Shown: one piece after another, positions 12,841 through 21,496 of the stretch
How positions within the stretch are numbered: the first letter of the stretch is position 1
How the letters are laid out: each line of letters opens with the position of its first letter
Assembly: GCA_003242195.1 (NCBI GenBank)
Contig: QGUQ01000001.1
Location: 1-26,968, forward strand
Reading direction: 5' to 3'
From: Bacillota bacterium
Lineage (GTDB): Bacteria; Bacillota; Sulfobacillia; Thermaerobacterales; Thermaerobacteraceae
DNA length: 26,968 nucleotides
The notes under the pieces: model-generated
Databases searched by the model: none
Seen by the model: the letters and a program-made list of their open reading frames with translations, nothing else
Told to the model about the DNA's origin: nothing
Translations under genes and position numbers: made by a program

Positions 12841-14297
12841 CACTCGGCCAGGGGCAGGTGGAAACGGATGGCGGTGCCTGCCCCCAGCTCGCTCTCCGCT
12901 TCCACAGAACCGCCATGGGCTTCGACGATGTGCTTGACGATGGCCAGCCCGAGGCCGGTGCCGCCGGCGGCCCGGCTACGGCCGGGATCCACCCGGTAGA
13001 ATCGCTCGAAGATCCGCGGCAGCGCCTCCCGCGGGATGCCCCGGCCGGTGTCCCGGACCTCGCCCACGGCCCGCGGCGGCCCGTCGCCCGTTGCGACGCT
13101 CACGGTAATGGTCACCGTACCTCCGGCTGGGGTATGCTGGCGGGCGTTCTCCAGGAGGTTCGTCCACACCTGGTCCAGCCGGTGGCGATCGGCGTCCACC
13201 ATGACAGGCTGGCCGGCCAGCCGCAATTCCAGGCGCAGGCCGGCCTCGGCAAGGCGCGGCCGGAAGCGCTCGGCCGCTTGGGCGGCGCTTTCCCGCAGGT
13301 CCAGCCGCTCCCGGCGCAGCTCGGGTTCCGGGGACTCCAACCGCGCCAGGTCCAGCAGGTCCTGGACCAAGCGGGTCATGCGCTCGGCCTCGCGATGGAT
13401 GACGTCGGCGAAGTGCTCCGCCGCCTCCGGGTCCTCCCGGATGACCCCCTCCCGCAGCGTCTCTGCGAAACCCTGTATGGCTGCCACGGGCGTGCGCAAC
13501 TCGTGGGAGACGTTGGCCACGAAGTCACGGCGGATTTGCTCGAGGCGGCGGATCTCGGTGATGTCGTGCAGAACGACCACGACGCCACCGGTCGCGTCGT
13601 CGACGCCCGCCCCGGTGCGCGCCGCCCGCACCTCCGGCGGTTGCGACAAGGGCACGACGGTGACGCGGACGGAACGGGAACCGGTGTCGGATCCGCCCGG
13701 CAACGCTACATCGCGCTCCAACGGCTTGCCTGCCGCCAGCCCCTCCTCGATGGCCCGTACCAGGCCGTAGTGGCGGGTGATGCTCACGTAGTCCATGCCG
13801 ACGGCCTGGTCCGGTAGGTCCAGGAGGCGGCGGGCGGCGGGGTTGGCGAGGCGCAGACGCCCCCCCGCGTCGATCAGCAGCACGCCGCTGGGCATGGCGC
13901 CCACCACCGTCGCCAGCCGCGCCTGTTCGGCCTGGAGCTCCCGCAGGGTCGCCTGCAGCCGGCCGGCCATCTCGTTGAAGGCGCGCGCCAGGGACACCAG
14001 CTCGTCCGGCCCGTCCACGTGGACGCGGCGATCGAACTCGCCGGCGGCCAGGCGGCGGGCACCGCGGATCAGTTCCGCTACCGGGCGCGTCACCCGCGCG
14101 GCCGTCGCCATCCCCACTAGGGCACCCAGGGCCGCCGCCGTGAGCAATCCGACGACCAGGATCGCCGCCAGGTCCTGGGAGAAGAGTTGCCGCACCTCGC
14201 CCAGCAGCAGCGCGGTCACTGCGCCCGTGATGAACACCCCGACCGGGAACAGGATCGCCAGCCGCCAGGCCAGGTGCCGCTTGAGCCCTCCCGCCAT
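12837..14297 (-). CDS. phoR: PhoR-like sensor histidine kinase (2 TM, HAMP, PAS, HisKA, HATPase)
   Basis: DFVANVSHELRTP H-box, NLLENA, DTGRGI, FERFYRVD…RS, GGTGLGLAIVKH; directly upstream of pstS. ATG 14297 has an AAGGGGG RBS. Confidence 0.85.
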   Translation of the reverse strand: MAGGLKRHLAWRLAILFPVGVFITGAVTALLLGEVRQLFSQDLAAILVVGLLTAAALGALVGMATAARVTRPVAELIRGARRLAAGEFDRRVHVDGPDELVSLARAFNEMAGRLQATLRELQAEQARLATVVGAMPSGVLLIDAGGRLRLANPAARRLLDLPDQAVGMDYVSITRHYGLVRAIEEGLAAGKPLERDVALPGGSDTGSRSVRVTVVPLSQPPEVRAARTGAGVDDATGGVVVVLHDITEIRRLEQIRRDFVANVSHELRTPVAAIQGFAETLREGVIREDPEAAEHFADVIHREAERMTRLVQDLLDLARLESPEPELRRERLDLRESAAQAAERFRPRLAEAGLRLELRLAGQPVMVDADRHRLDQVWTNLLENARQHTPAGGTVTITVSVATGDGPPRAVGEVRDTGRGIPREALPRIFERFYRVDPGRSRAAGGTGLGLAIVKHIVEAHGGSVEAESELGAGTAIRFHLPLAEC

Positions 14298-14355
14298 GCC
14301 ACCGCCCCCTTTTTCGCCCGGCATTCCGAGTCTAGCCTTGCTGCATGACGCGTAG

Positions 14356-14446
14356 CCTGGAACGGAAGCGGGTCCCGAAAGAAGCGGGCCCCATCGGGAC
14401 CCGCCGCCACCTGGATACGGCGGGTCCCCCACCAGGAACCGGTCCC
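14356..14446. repeat. Cluster of degenerate GCGGGTCCC repeats with one inverted copy
   Basis: Direct copies at about 14365-14376, 14381-14392, 14419-14428 and 14436-14446; inverted copy at 14394-14405. Confidence 0.6.
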
Positions 14447-14476
14447 ACGGTCACAGGTTGAGCCGGTGGTGGTCCC

Positions 14477-14917
14477 ATGCCGATACCGATGATGACGGGT
14501 GCGAGCCGGCTGACGGCGGGTACCAGCCGGTGTTCTGGCGCGCGGGGGCGGCCCTCCCTGGCGCTGGCCGTCCTGGCCGCGGGGATGCTCCTCGCCCTCC
14601 TGGGTGGTTGCATCCCCCGTGCCATCGGCCCGCGCGCCGTTACCATCGAGCTCATGCCCGACTTCCGGTATGAGCCCCGTGAGGTGGTGGTGCGGCCCGG
14701 GGAAACGGTCCGGCTCGTCCTGCGCAACCGGGACGACCGCCTCCCCCACGAGTTCCGCTCCGCCCAGCGTGTCGCCCCCGACATCCGGGTGGAACCCGGC
14801 CAGGCCCACGAGCTCCGGTGGACGGCACCGCCCGAGCCGGGGGCCATCGCCTTCTGGTGCGGGATGCCCGGTCACCGGAAGAACGGCATGGCCGGGCGGA
14901 TCGTGATCCGCCCCTGA
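14477..14917 (+). CDS. Cupredoxin (type-1 Cu, plastocyanin/azurin-like) lipoprotein
   Basis: Hydrophobic leader ending LLGGC, FRYEPREVVVRPGETVRLVLRN, PHEF and C-GMPG-H-RKNG-M (His/Cys/His/Met ligand set). Start uncertain. Confidence 0.85.
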   Translation: MPIPMMTGASRLTAGTSRCSGARGRPSLALAVLAAGMLLALLGGCIPRAIGPRAVTIELMPDFRYEPREVVVRPGETVRLVLRNRDDRLPHEFRSAQRVAPDIRVEPGQAHELRWTAPPEPGAIAFWCGMPGHRKNGMAGRIVIRP

Positions 14918-14936
14918 CCGGCCCGCCGCCGGCTGA

Positions 14937-15293
14937 TCAAGATTGCGCGCTCACCCACTGTAGGGCCGCATTACCGGGCCCGGCGGCCGGCAGGCCGGCC
15001 GTCGGGCTCAGGCCCACATAACGCCCCGCCCGCTCCCTGGTTCTCGCGTCAGGGCGCCAGCGCCTCCTACGCTAGCGTCGCCAAGGTTGTGTACGCGTCC
15101 CCAAAGCCGGCGGTTGGGGTGAGCCGCAACGTGGCGGGCGGCACGCCGTGCTACAGTTCGGGCTGCAGGAGGGCGAGCAGAAAGGCGCCACCTCAAGACG
15201 AATTTGATGACAAAGGTGCCCCAGGGGAACATCGCTCCGCCGCGCTGGCCGACGAGCTGTGCCAAAGCGCGGCACCGCTCCGGTGGTGTTCAT
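14937..15293 (-). pseudogene. crcB: Degraded fluoride channel (Fluc/CrcB) pseudogene
   Basis: Collinear across shifting frames: GAVPR / LAQLVGQRGGAMFPWGTFVI / GGAFLLALL…LRLTPTAGFGDAYTTLATLA*EALA / YVGLSPTAGLPAAG. At least 3 frameshifts, 2 in-frame TAG stops and a lost N-terminus. Confidence 0.8.
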
Positions 15294-15295
15294 GA

Positions 15296-15313
15296 TTGGA
15301 AGCGTGCTTCCAA
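15296..15313. promoter_or_regulatory. Perfect 18-bp palindrome upstream of phoA, candidate operator
   Basis: TTGGAAGC-GT-GCTTCCAA, 15 nt before the phoA AGGAGG. Confidence 0.4.
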
Positions 15314-15342
15314 GACCCAGCGGAAGGCAGGAGGTGTCCCCG

Positions 15343-16650
15343 GTGATGAAACGATGGGTGCACTACAAGCCCCCCCGGTGGCCAGCCCTGGCCATGGCCT
15401 TGCTCCTGGCCGGCGCATGGCTGGTGATCGGCCTCCCATCCCAGGCGGCGCCGGGCCAGGCCGGCAAAGGCGCGGGGCACGGCCATGCCCGCAACATCAT
15501 CCTCATCGTGGGCGACGGGACGAGCCATTCGCTCCTCCAGGCGGCACGGCTGGTGGCGGCCGGGCCGTCGGGCCGGCTGGCCGTGGATGAGCTGCCTCAC
15601 ACGGCTTCAGTACTGACTCATTCGGCCAACTCCCTGGTAACCGATTCGGCCGCCGCGGCCACCGCCATGGCCACCGGCGTCAAAACCGTCAACGGGGCGG
15701 TCGGGGTCGATGCCGGCGGCAAGGCGGTACCGACGGTGCTCGAACGGGCCAAGGCGGCGGGAAAGGCGGTGGGGCTGGTCACCACGTCCTACATCACCGA
15801 TGCCACCCCGGCTGCCTTCGCCGCCCACGTAACGAACCGCGCCGACACCACCGCCATCGCCGCCCAGATGCTGGAGAGGGGCGTCGACGTCATCCTGGGC
15901 GGTGGCGAGAACGACTTCCTCCCCGCTGACCAGAACGGGTGTTACCCGCAGCCGGGCAAGCGTACGGACGGCCGCGACCTGATGGCGGAGGCCCGCTCCC
16001 AAGGTTACACGACGATCTGCAGAGCGGACGAGCTGGACGAACTCGCCGGGCGGCCCGTGAAGAAGGTACTGGGGTTGTTCGCAGACGGTGACCTGTTCCC
16101 CGCCCTGTACCAGGAGGTCGGCGCCGCAGCGGGCGATGACGGAGGAAAGTCCGGTGGCGACGTGCCCTCCCTGGCCACCATGACCGCTCGCGCCATCGAG
16201 GTGCTGGCTCGGAATCCCAAGGGATTCTTCCTGTTGGTGGAGGAAGAGGGTACTGACGAGCTCGCCCACGCCCGTGATGTAGCCGGCGCTGTCCGGGCGG
16301 CCCGCGGGCTTGACGCGGCCGTCGAGGTAGCGCTGCGCTTCGCCCGGGACCGGAGGGACACGCTGGTGATCGTGGTGGGCGACCACGAGACGGGAGGCCT
16401 GGCGATTCAGGGGACCGGCAACGGCTACTCGTCCGATCCCCAGGCCCCCTGCCCGGCGGGCGCCGAGGGACCTTTCCGGACCCCGGACGGCCAGGCCTTC
16501 TGCCTCTCCCAGGCGACCGCGGCCCACACCGGCCAGCCGGTACCGATCGCGGCCTACGGCCCCGGAGCCGCCCGCGTCACCGGCGTGCTGGACAATACAG
16601 ACGTCGCCCGGATCATGCTCGCGGCCATGGGACTGAATCGGAAGCCGTAG
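15343..16650 (+). CDS. phoA: Exported alkaline phosphatase (PhoA family)
   Basis: Signal/TM segment, IILIVGDG, VTDSAAAATA (catalytic Ser), TDATPA, GFFLLVEEEGTDELAH, GDHETGG, AHTG. AGGAGG 8 nt before GTG 15343 (ATG 15346 is the alternative). Confidence 0.9.
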   Translation: MMKRWVHYKPPRWPALAMALLLAGAWLVIGLPSQAAPGQAGKGAGHGHARNIILIVGDGTSHSLLQAARLVAAGPSGRLAVDELPHTASVLTHSANSLVTDSAAAATAMATGVKTVNGAVGVDAGGKAVPTVLERAKAAGKAVGLVTTSYITDATPAAFAAHVTNRADTTAIAAQMLERGVDVILGGGENDFLPADQNGCYPQPGKRTDGRDLMAEARSQGYTTICRADELDELAGRPVKKVLGLFADGDLFPALYQEVGAAAGDDGGKSGGDVPSLATMTARAIEVLARNPKGFFLLVEEEGTDELAHARDVAGAVRAARGLDAAVEVALRFARDRRDTLVIVVGDHETGGLAIQGTGNGYSSDPQAPCPAGAEGPFRTPDGQAFCLSQATAAHTGQPVPIAAYGPGAARVTGVLDNTDVARIMLAAMGLNRKP

Positions 16651-16664
16651 CCGGCGCCAGCCCC

Positions 16665-16693
16665 TTGCAGGGCCCCCTGGTCGGCATTATAAT
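16665..16693 (+). promoter_or_regulatory. SigmaA-type promoter for the riboswitch-terC transcript
   Basis: TTGCAG (16665-70), 17 nt, TATAAT (16688-93). Confidence 0.8.
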
Positions 16694-16750
16694 TAGCGCT
16701 TAGCGAGCGAAAACGGCGAGCCAGGTAAGAGAGCGTAGCGGAACGTATCC

Positions 16751-16865
16751 GGAAGGGGAGTAGCCGCCGCGGCAGGAACCCACCTGCCGCGGTCCGGCGG
16801 GTCGTCACTCCGGCGTTGTGTCGCTGCCCGGCCCGCCGGGCTCATACGAGCGAGCGAGACCTTCG
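16751..16865 (+). ncRNA. yybP-ykoY manganese riboswitch
   Basis: P1 GAAGG (16752-56) / CCTTC (16860-64); GGGGAGTAGC; P2 hairpin CCGCGGCAGG…CCTGCCGCGG; GTCGTCACTC; CCCGGC; AGCGAGACC. Sits directly upstream of a TerC-family gene, the classical context. Confidence 0.88.
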
Positions 16866-16899
16866 GGGTTGGTTGTACACCCCGAAGGTCGTTGTTTTT
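16858..16899 (+). terminator. Riboswitch expression-platform terminator
   Basis: GACCTTCGGGGT (16858-69) / ACCCCGAAGGTC (16879-90), then GTTGTTTTT; the 5' arm uses the riboswitch P1 3' strand. Confidence 0.8.
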
Positions 16900-16913
16900 C
16901 GGGGGGATACCGG

Positions 16914-17852
16914 ATGAGCTGGTTGCTGTTCACCTTGTTGCTTGTGCTCATCATCCTGTTCGACCTCGGCGTCGGCCAGCGGCACCGCACGCCGACGGCC
17001 AGGCAGGCCTTGATCCGCACCTTCGTCTACGTGGTCCTCGCCGTGTGCTTCGGCGCCTGGCTCGGTGTCACCCGCGGTGGCAACACCGCAGCCGAGTACT
17101 TTGCCGGTTACCTGGTCGAATACGCCCTGAGCCTCGACAACATCTTCGTGTTCATTGCCATCTTCTCGTTCTTCGGCGTGGCCGACGTGGACCGGCCGCG
17201 CATCTTGATGTGGGGCGTGCTGGGAGCGCTGGTCATGCGCGCGCTGATGATCTTTGCCGGTGCCGCGCTCCTGGAGAGGTTCCACTGGCTGCTGTACGTG
17301 TTCGGCCTGGTCCTGATCGCCACCGGCCTCAAGTTTTTCCGCCACAAGGAAGAAGGGGTCGACCCGTCCAGGAACCCGGTCCTTGGGCTTCTGCGGCGGC
17401 TCGTGCCCATCACCGAGAGCTACGAGGGCTCGCGCTTCTTCGTCGTGCGGAACGGTCGCATCTGGGCCACCCCGCTGTTCGTCGTGCTGGTCATGATCGA
17501 GACGGTGGACCTGATGTTCGCCCTGGATTCCATCCCGGCCATCTTTGGCATCACCCGGGACCCCTTCATTGTCTACACGGCCAACGTATTCGCCGTCATC
17601 GGCCTGCGGTCGCTGTACTTCGTCTTCAACGCCGTGCTGCCCCTGATCCGTTATCTCCGTTACGGCCTGGCGGTCACGCTGGTGTTCATCGGGACGAAAA
17701 TGCTCCTCATCGACGTAGTCCACATCAAGCCGGCTGTGTCGCTGGCCATCCTGGCGGTCATCCTCGGGGCCTCAATTCTGGCGTCGTTCCTATGGCCGGA
17801 ACAGAACGGGAAGGCCGCGGCGGAGGAGGCCGGTGGTTCCAACCGTTCATAA
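16914..17852 (+). CDS. terC: TerC/Alx family membrane protein (Mn export or metalation)
   Basis: FAGYLVEYALSLDNIFVF, LMWGVLGALVMRA, TPLFVVLVMIETVDLMFALDSIPAIFGITRDPFIVYTANVFA, GLRSLYF; ATG 16914 with GGGGGA RBS. Confidence 0.92.
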   Translation: MSWLLFTLLLVLIILFDLGVGQRHRTPTARQALIRTFVYVVLAVCFGAWLGVTRGGNTAAEYFAGYLVEYALSLDNIFVFIAIFSFFGVADVDRPRILMWGVLGALVMRALMIFAGAALLERFHWLLYVFGLVLIATGLKFFRHKEEGVDPSRNPVLGLLRRLVPITESYEGSRFFVVRNGRIWATPLFVVLVMIETVDLMFALDSIPAIFGITRDPFIVYTANVFAVIGLRSLYFVFNAVLPLIRYLRYGLAVTLVFIGTKMLLIDVVHIKPAVSLAILAVILGASILASFLWPEQNGKAAAEEAGGSNRS

Positions 17853-18028
17853 TCCCGGTCCGGAGAAAGGGCTCGGTGACGAGATTGCCGCACGGCGACC
17901 GCGGTCGTCGCGGCATGGGATGTGCCATGCAAATTCGTGTCGGTTCCTGGTAAGCTGGGGCCGTAGGGAATTCGTGACACCCTTGTTTGGGTGAGGACAA
18001 GCCCCAGCCTCGCGGAGGTGGCTCCATC

Positions 18029-19426
<1,398 letters not shown>

Positions 19427-19514
19427 GGCGGCGACGCGCAGGCTCAAGCGTCAAGGGTGACGGGCTGGCGGCGGCGCGCCGGGACGGGACGGTTGCGCCC
19501 GCACCGGGCGTGAG

Positions 19515-19548
19515 GGGCGTGGCGGCGACGAGCCGCCCGCCCTTTTTT
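19515..19548 (+). terminator. Rho-independent terminator after fumC
   Basis: GGGCG-T-GGCGGC [GACGA] GCCGCC-CGCCC followed by TTTTTT. Confidence 0.8.
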
Positions 19549-19568
19549 GTGTGGGACCCTCGCGGCGG

Positions 19569-20576
19569 TTACCGGGCCGGGCCCAGTTTCTCCTGGTAGT
19601 CGTAGACAATCTTGGAGATCCGGGCGATGTCCTCGAATCCCTGGTCGATATCGGGGACGTTCACCGAGAGGATGCTCAAGATGTAGGGTCGTGACGAGAA
19701 GACGATGCCCACGTCGTTGGCGACGCCCTCGATGTCGCCCTCCTTGTGGGCAACGAGCACGTCGTCGGGAAGCATGCCGGGCAGCCCGACGTGGAAGATG
19801 GAATGGGCCATGTCGTCGAGAATGCGGGCGCCCAGCAGCGGGTGCCGGCGGGCGAAATCCAGCACGGCCTCCACGTAGATCCCCATGTCCCGGGCCGTGC
19901 TGATGCGCCTGCCGCCGGGGAAAATCACCTCGCCGCCCAACTCCCGCATGAACCGGCCGACGTCGTCCTTTCCGAAATGGCGAAACAGCATGTTGGTGGC
20001 GACATTGTCGCTGATGGTGATGGCGAGGTTGGTCAGGACCCGGAGGGAGTAGCTCTCACCCTGAAAGCCGTCGCGCTGCAGGATCCCTGCTCCCCCCGTC
20101 ATGTCCTCGGGGCGGAGGGCCACGCGGTCGTCCATCCGCGCCTTCCCGGCCGCCACCTGGCGGTTGACGTAGAGGACGAGGGGGACCTTGATGGTGCTGG
20201 CGGCGTGGATCTCGGCGCGCTCGTTGATGCCCCAGGTGGCCCCCGTCTGCAGGTCCTTGAAGTAGATACCGAAGGACTGTGGCCGCCCGGCGATGAACCG
20301 CGCCACCTCGGCGCGCAGGGGGCGGTAGTCGGGCGGCGGGACGCCCTGCCGGGTCTCGGTACGGTCCAGGAGTTCGCTCAGACGGGCCAGGGTGTCGCCG
20401 GACCCCTCGTCCACCACGGGGATGGACGAGGCGGTCAGGCCGGGCGCCCTGTTCGCGGTCCCGCCGGGGCCGGGCTTCGCATCACCGGCGCAAGCGGTCA
20501 GGAGGGCCGCGGCCGCAAGGGCCCCCACAACCCGCACCCGTATTCGTCGGCCTTGGCCTCCGGGTTTCCGCCCCAC
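19569..20576 (-). CDS. Class A beta-lactamase-like serine hydrolase lipoprotein
   Basis: LLTAC lipobox, FGIYFKDL, AASTIK (SxxK), ISDNVATN (SDN), HKEG at the KTG position. Start uncertain: GTG 20576 chosen, ORF track gives 20630. Confidence 0.8.
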   Translation of the reverse strand: MGRKPGGQGRRIRVRVVGALAAAALLTACAGDAKPGPGGTANRAPGLTASSIPVVDEGSGDTLARLSELLDRTETRQGVPPPDYRPLRAEVARFIAGRPQSFGIYFKDLQTGATWGINERAEIHAASTIKVPLVLYVNRQVAAGKARMDDRVALRPEDMTGGAGILQRDGFQGESYSLRVLTNLAITISDNVATNMLFRHFGKDDVGRFMRELGGEVIFPGGRRISTARDMGIYVEAVLDFARRHPLLGARILDDMAHSIFHVGLPGMLPDDVLVAHKEGDIEGVANDVGIVFSSRPYILSILSVNVPDIDQGFEDIARISKIVYDYQEKLGPAR

Positions 20577-20669
20577 GACCCGCCCCCCTGTCCGTGCCCA
20601 ACGGGTCGATCCCGCGTCCGGCTCAACCACTGGTGCACCCTTGGTGCACCCTGCGGCGGTTCATCCGGT

Positions 20670-21035
20670 TCAATAGGTTCCCAGGTCTTCGATGATCGTC
20701 GTCATCACGGCGAGCGCCGTGATCGCCGCCTTTTCGTCCTCGAACCGGATGGCCGCCCGGAGCGTCGCCAGCTCCTTCTCGAAGTCGCGGATCGCCGTGG
20801 CGTCGCTGTTGACGGCAATGGGCGTCCGGATTCGGTTCCATTGCTCGTCCAGCCGTTCCGCCAGCGTCTCCGCCCGCTGCCAGTCTCCGGCTTCCACCGC
20901 CTCCAGGGTGGCGCGCATGGTGCGGCCGACGTCGCCTTCCGGGGTGAGAGGCTTGCGGAAGAAGGACGGGGCCGAGCCCAGGGCGGCACCCAGCAGGACG
21001 AGCAGGACGAGGAGCACGCCGCGTGGGTTCTTCAT
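20670..21035 (-). CDS. Small N-anchored helical protein, DUF4363-like
   Basis: N-terminal TM/signal, then EAVEAGDWQRA…LDEQW…IRDFEKELATLRAAI…EDEKAA. Family recognised from pattern and from DUF421 adjacency. Confidence 0.6.
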   Translation of the reverse strand: MKNPRGVLLVLLVLLGAALGSAPSFFRKPLTPEGDVGRTMRATLEAVEAGDWQRAETLAERLDEQWNRIRTPIAVNSDATAIRDFEKELATLRAAIRFEDEKAAITALAVMTTIIEDLGTY

Positions 21036-21394
21036 CGGGCCCCCGACTGCCCCTTGCGGGGGGTCGTGCCGCTCCCGGCGCGCCGCCGGCGCGTGCCCGG
21101 GCGACGGTGGCCTGCAGCAGCGCCCGCGGCACCCGTTCCGGCAGTTGGTTTCGGCTCGCCGGGCCCGGCCGTGGCGGACTCCACGGGCTCGCCCTGCATC
21201 TCCTGTTCCCGGGCTTCCTGTACCCGCCGCAGCCGTCGCTCCATCCCCTCGTACAGCACGCGCGCCTGGACGGCGGCACGGCGCAGCCGCTCCCGCTCCT
21301 CCTCGCTGGCGGCACCCGCAGCCAGGGAGTCCAGCCCCTCCCCGACCCGCCTCAGCGTCGCCGCGGCCCGCTGCAACCGGGCATAAGTGGTCAT
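21032..21394 (-). CDS. DUF1657-like small helical protein with low-complexity tail
   Basis: GAGGAGG RBS and ATG 21394; stop overlaps the next ATG (ATGA). The first ~65 aa (MTTYARLQRAAATL…LDSLA…EEER..L..AA…RL..VQE) follow the DUF1657 pattern. Not listed as its own ORF in the track. Confidence 0.55.
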   Translation of the reverse strand: MTTYARLQRAAATLRRVGEGLDSLAAGAASEEERERLRRAAVQARVLYEGMERRLRRVQEAREQEMQGEPVESATAGPGEPKPTAGTGAAGAAAGHRRPGTRRRRAGSGTTPRKGQSGAR

Positions 21395-21427
21395 GGTTTC
21401 CTCCTCCTCGCCGCTCCGTCGCCCGGA

Positions 21428-21477
21428 AGTATCCCCCGTGTCAGCGGCGCGTATTTCGGGGGGCAGGCGCAGACACT
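21428..21477. promoter_or_regulatory. Back-to-back sigmaF-like promoters
   Basis: Minus strand: AAATA-N15-GGGGATACT (21456 to 21428). Plus strand: GCGTA-N15-GCAGACACT (21449-21477). Compared with the Bacillus sigmaF consensus GYWTA-N15-GGNRAWAHT. Confidence 0.35.
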
Positions 21478-21496
21478 GGGAGACGGGGGGTTGCCC

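Noticed and set aside
15290-15360. Fluoride riboswitch upstream of the crcB remnant
   Set aside because: No GGNGAUG…/GCUGAUG motif found on the minus strand.
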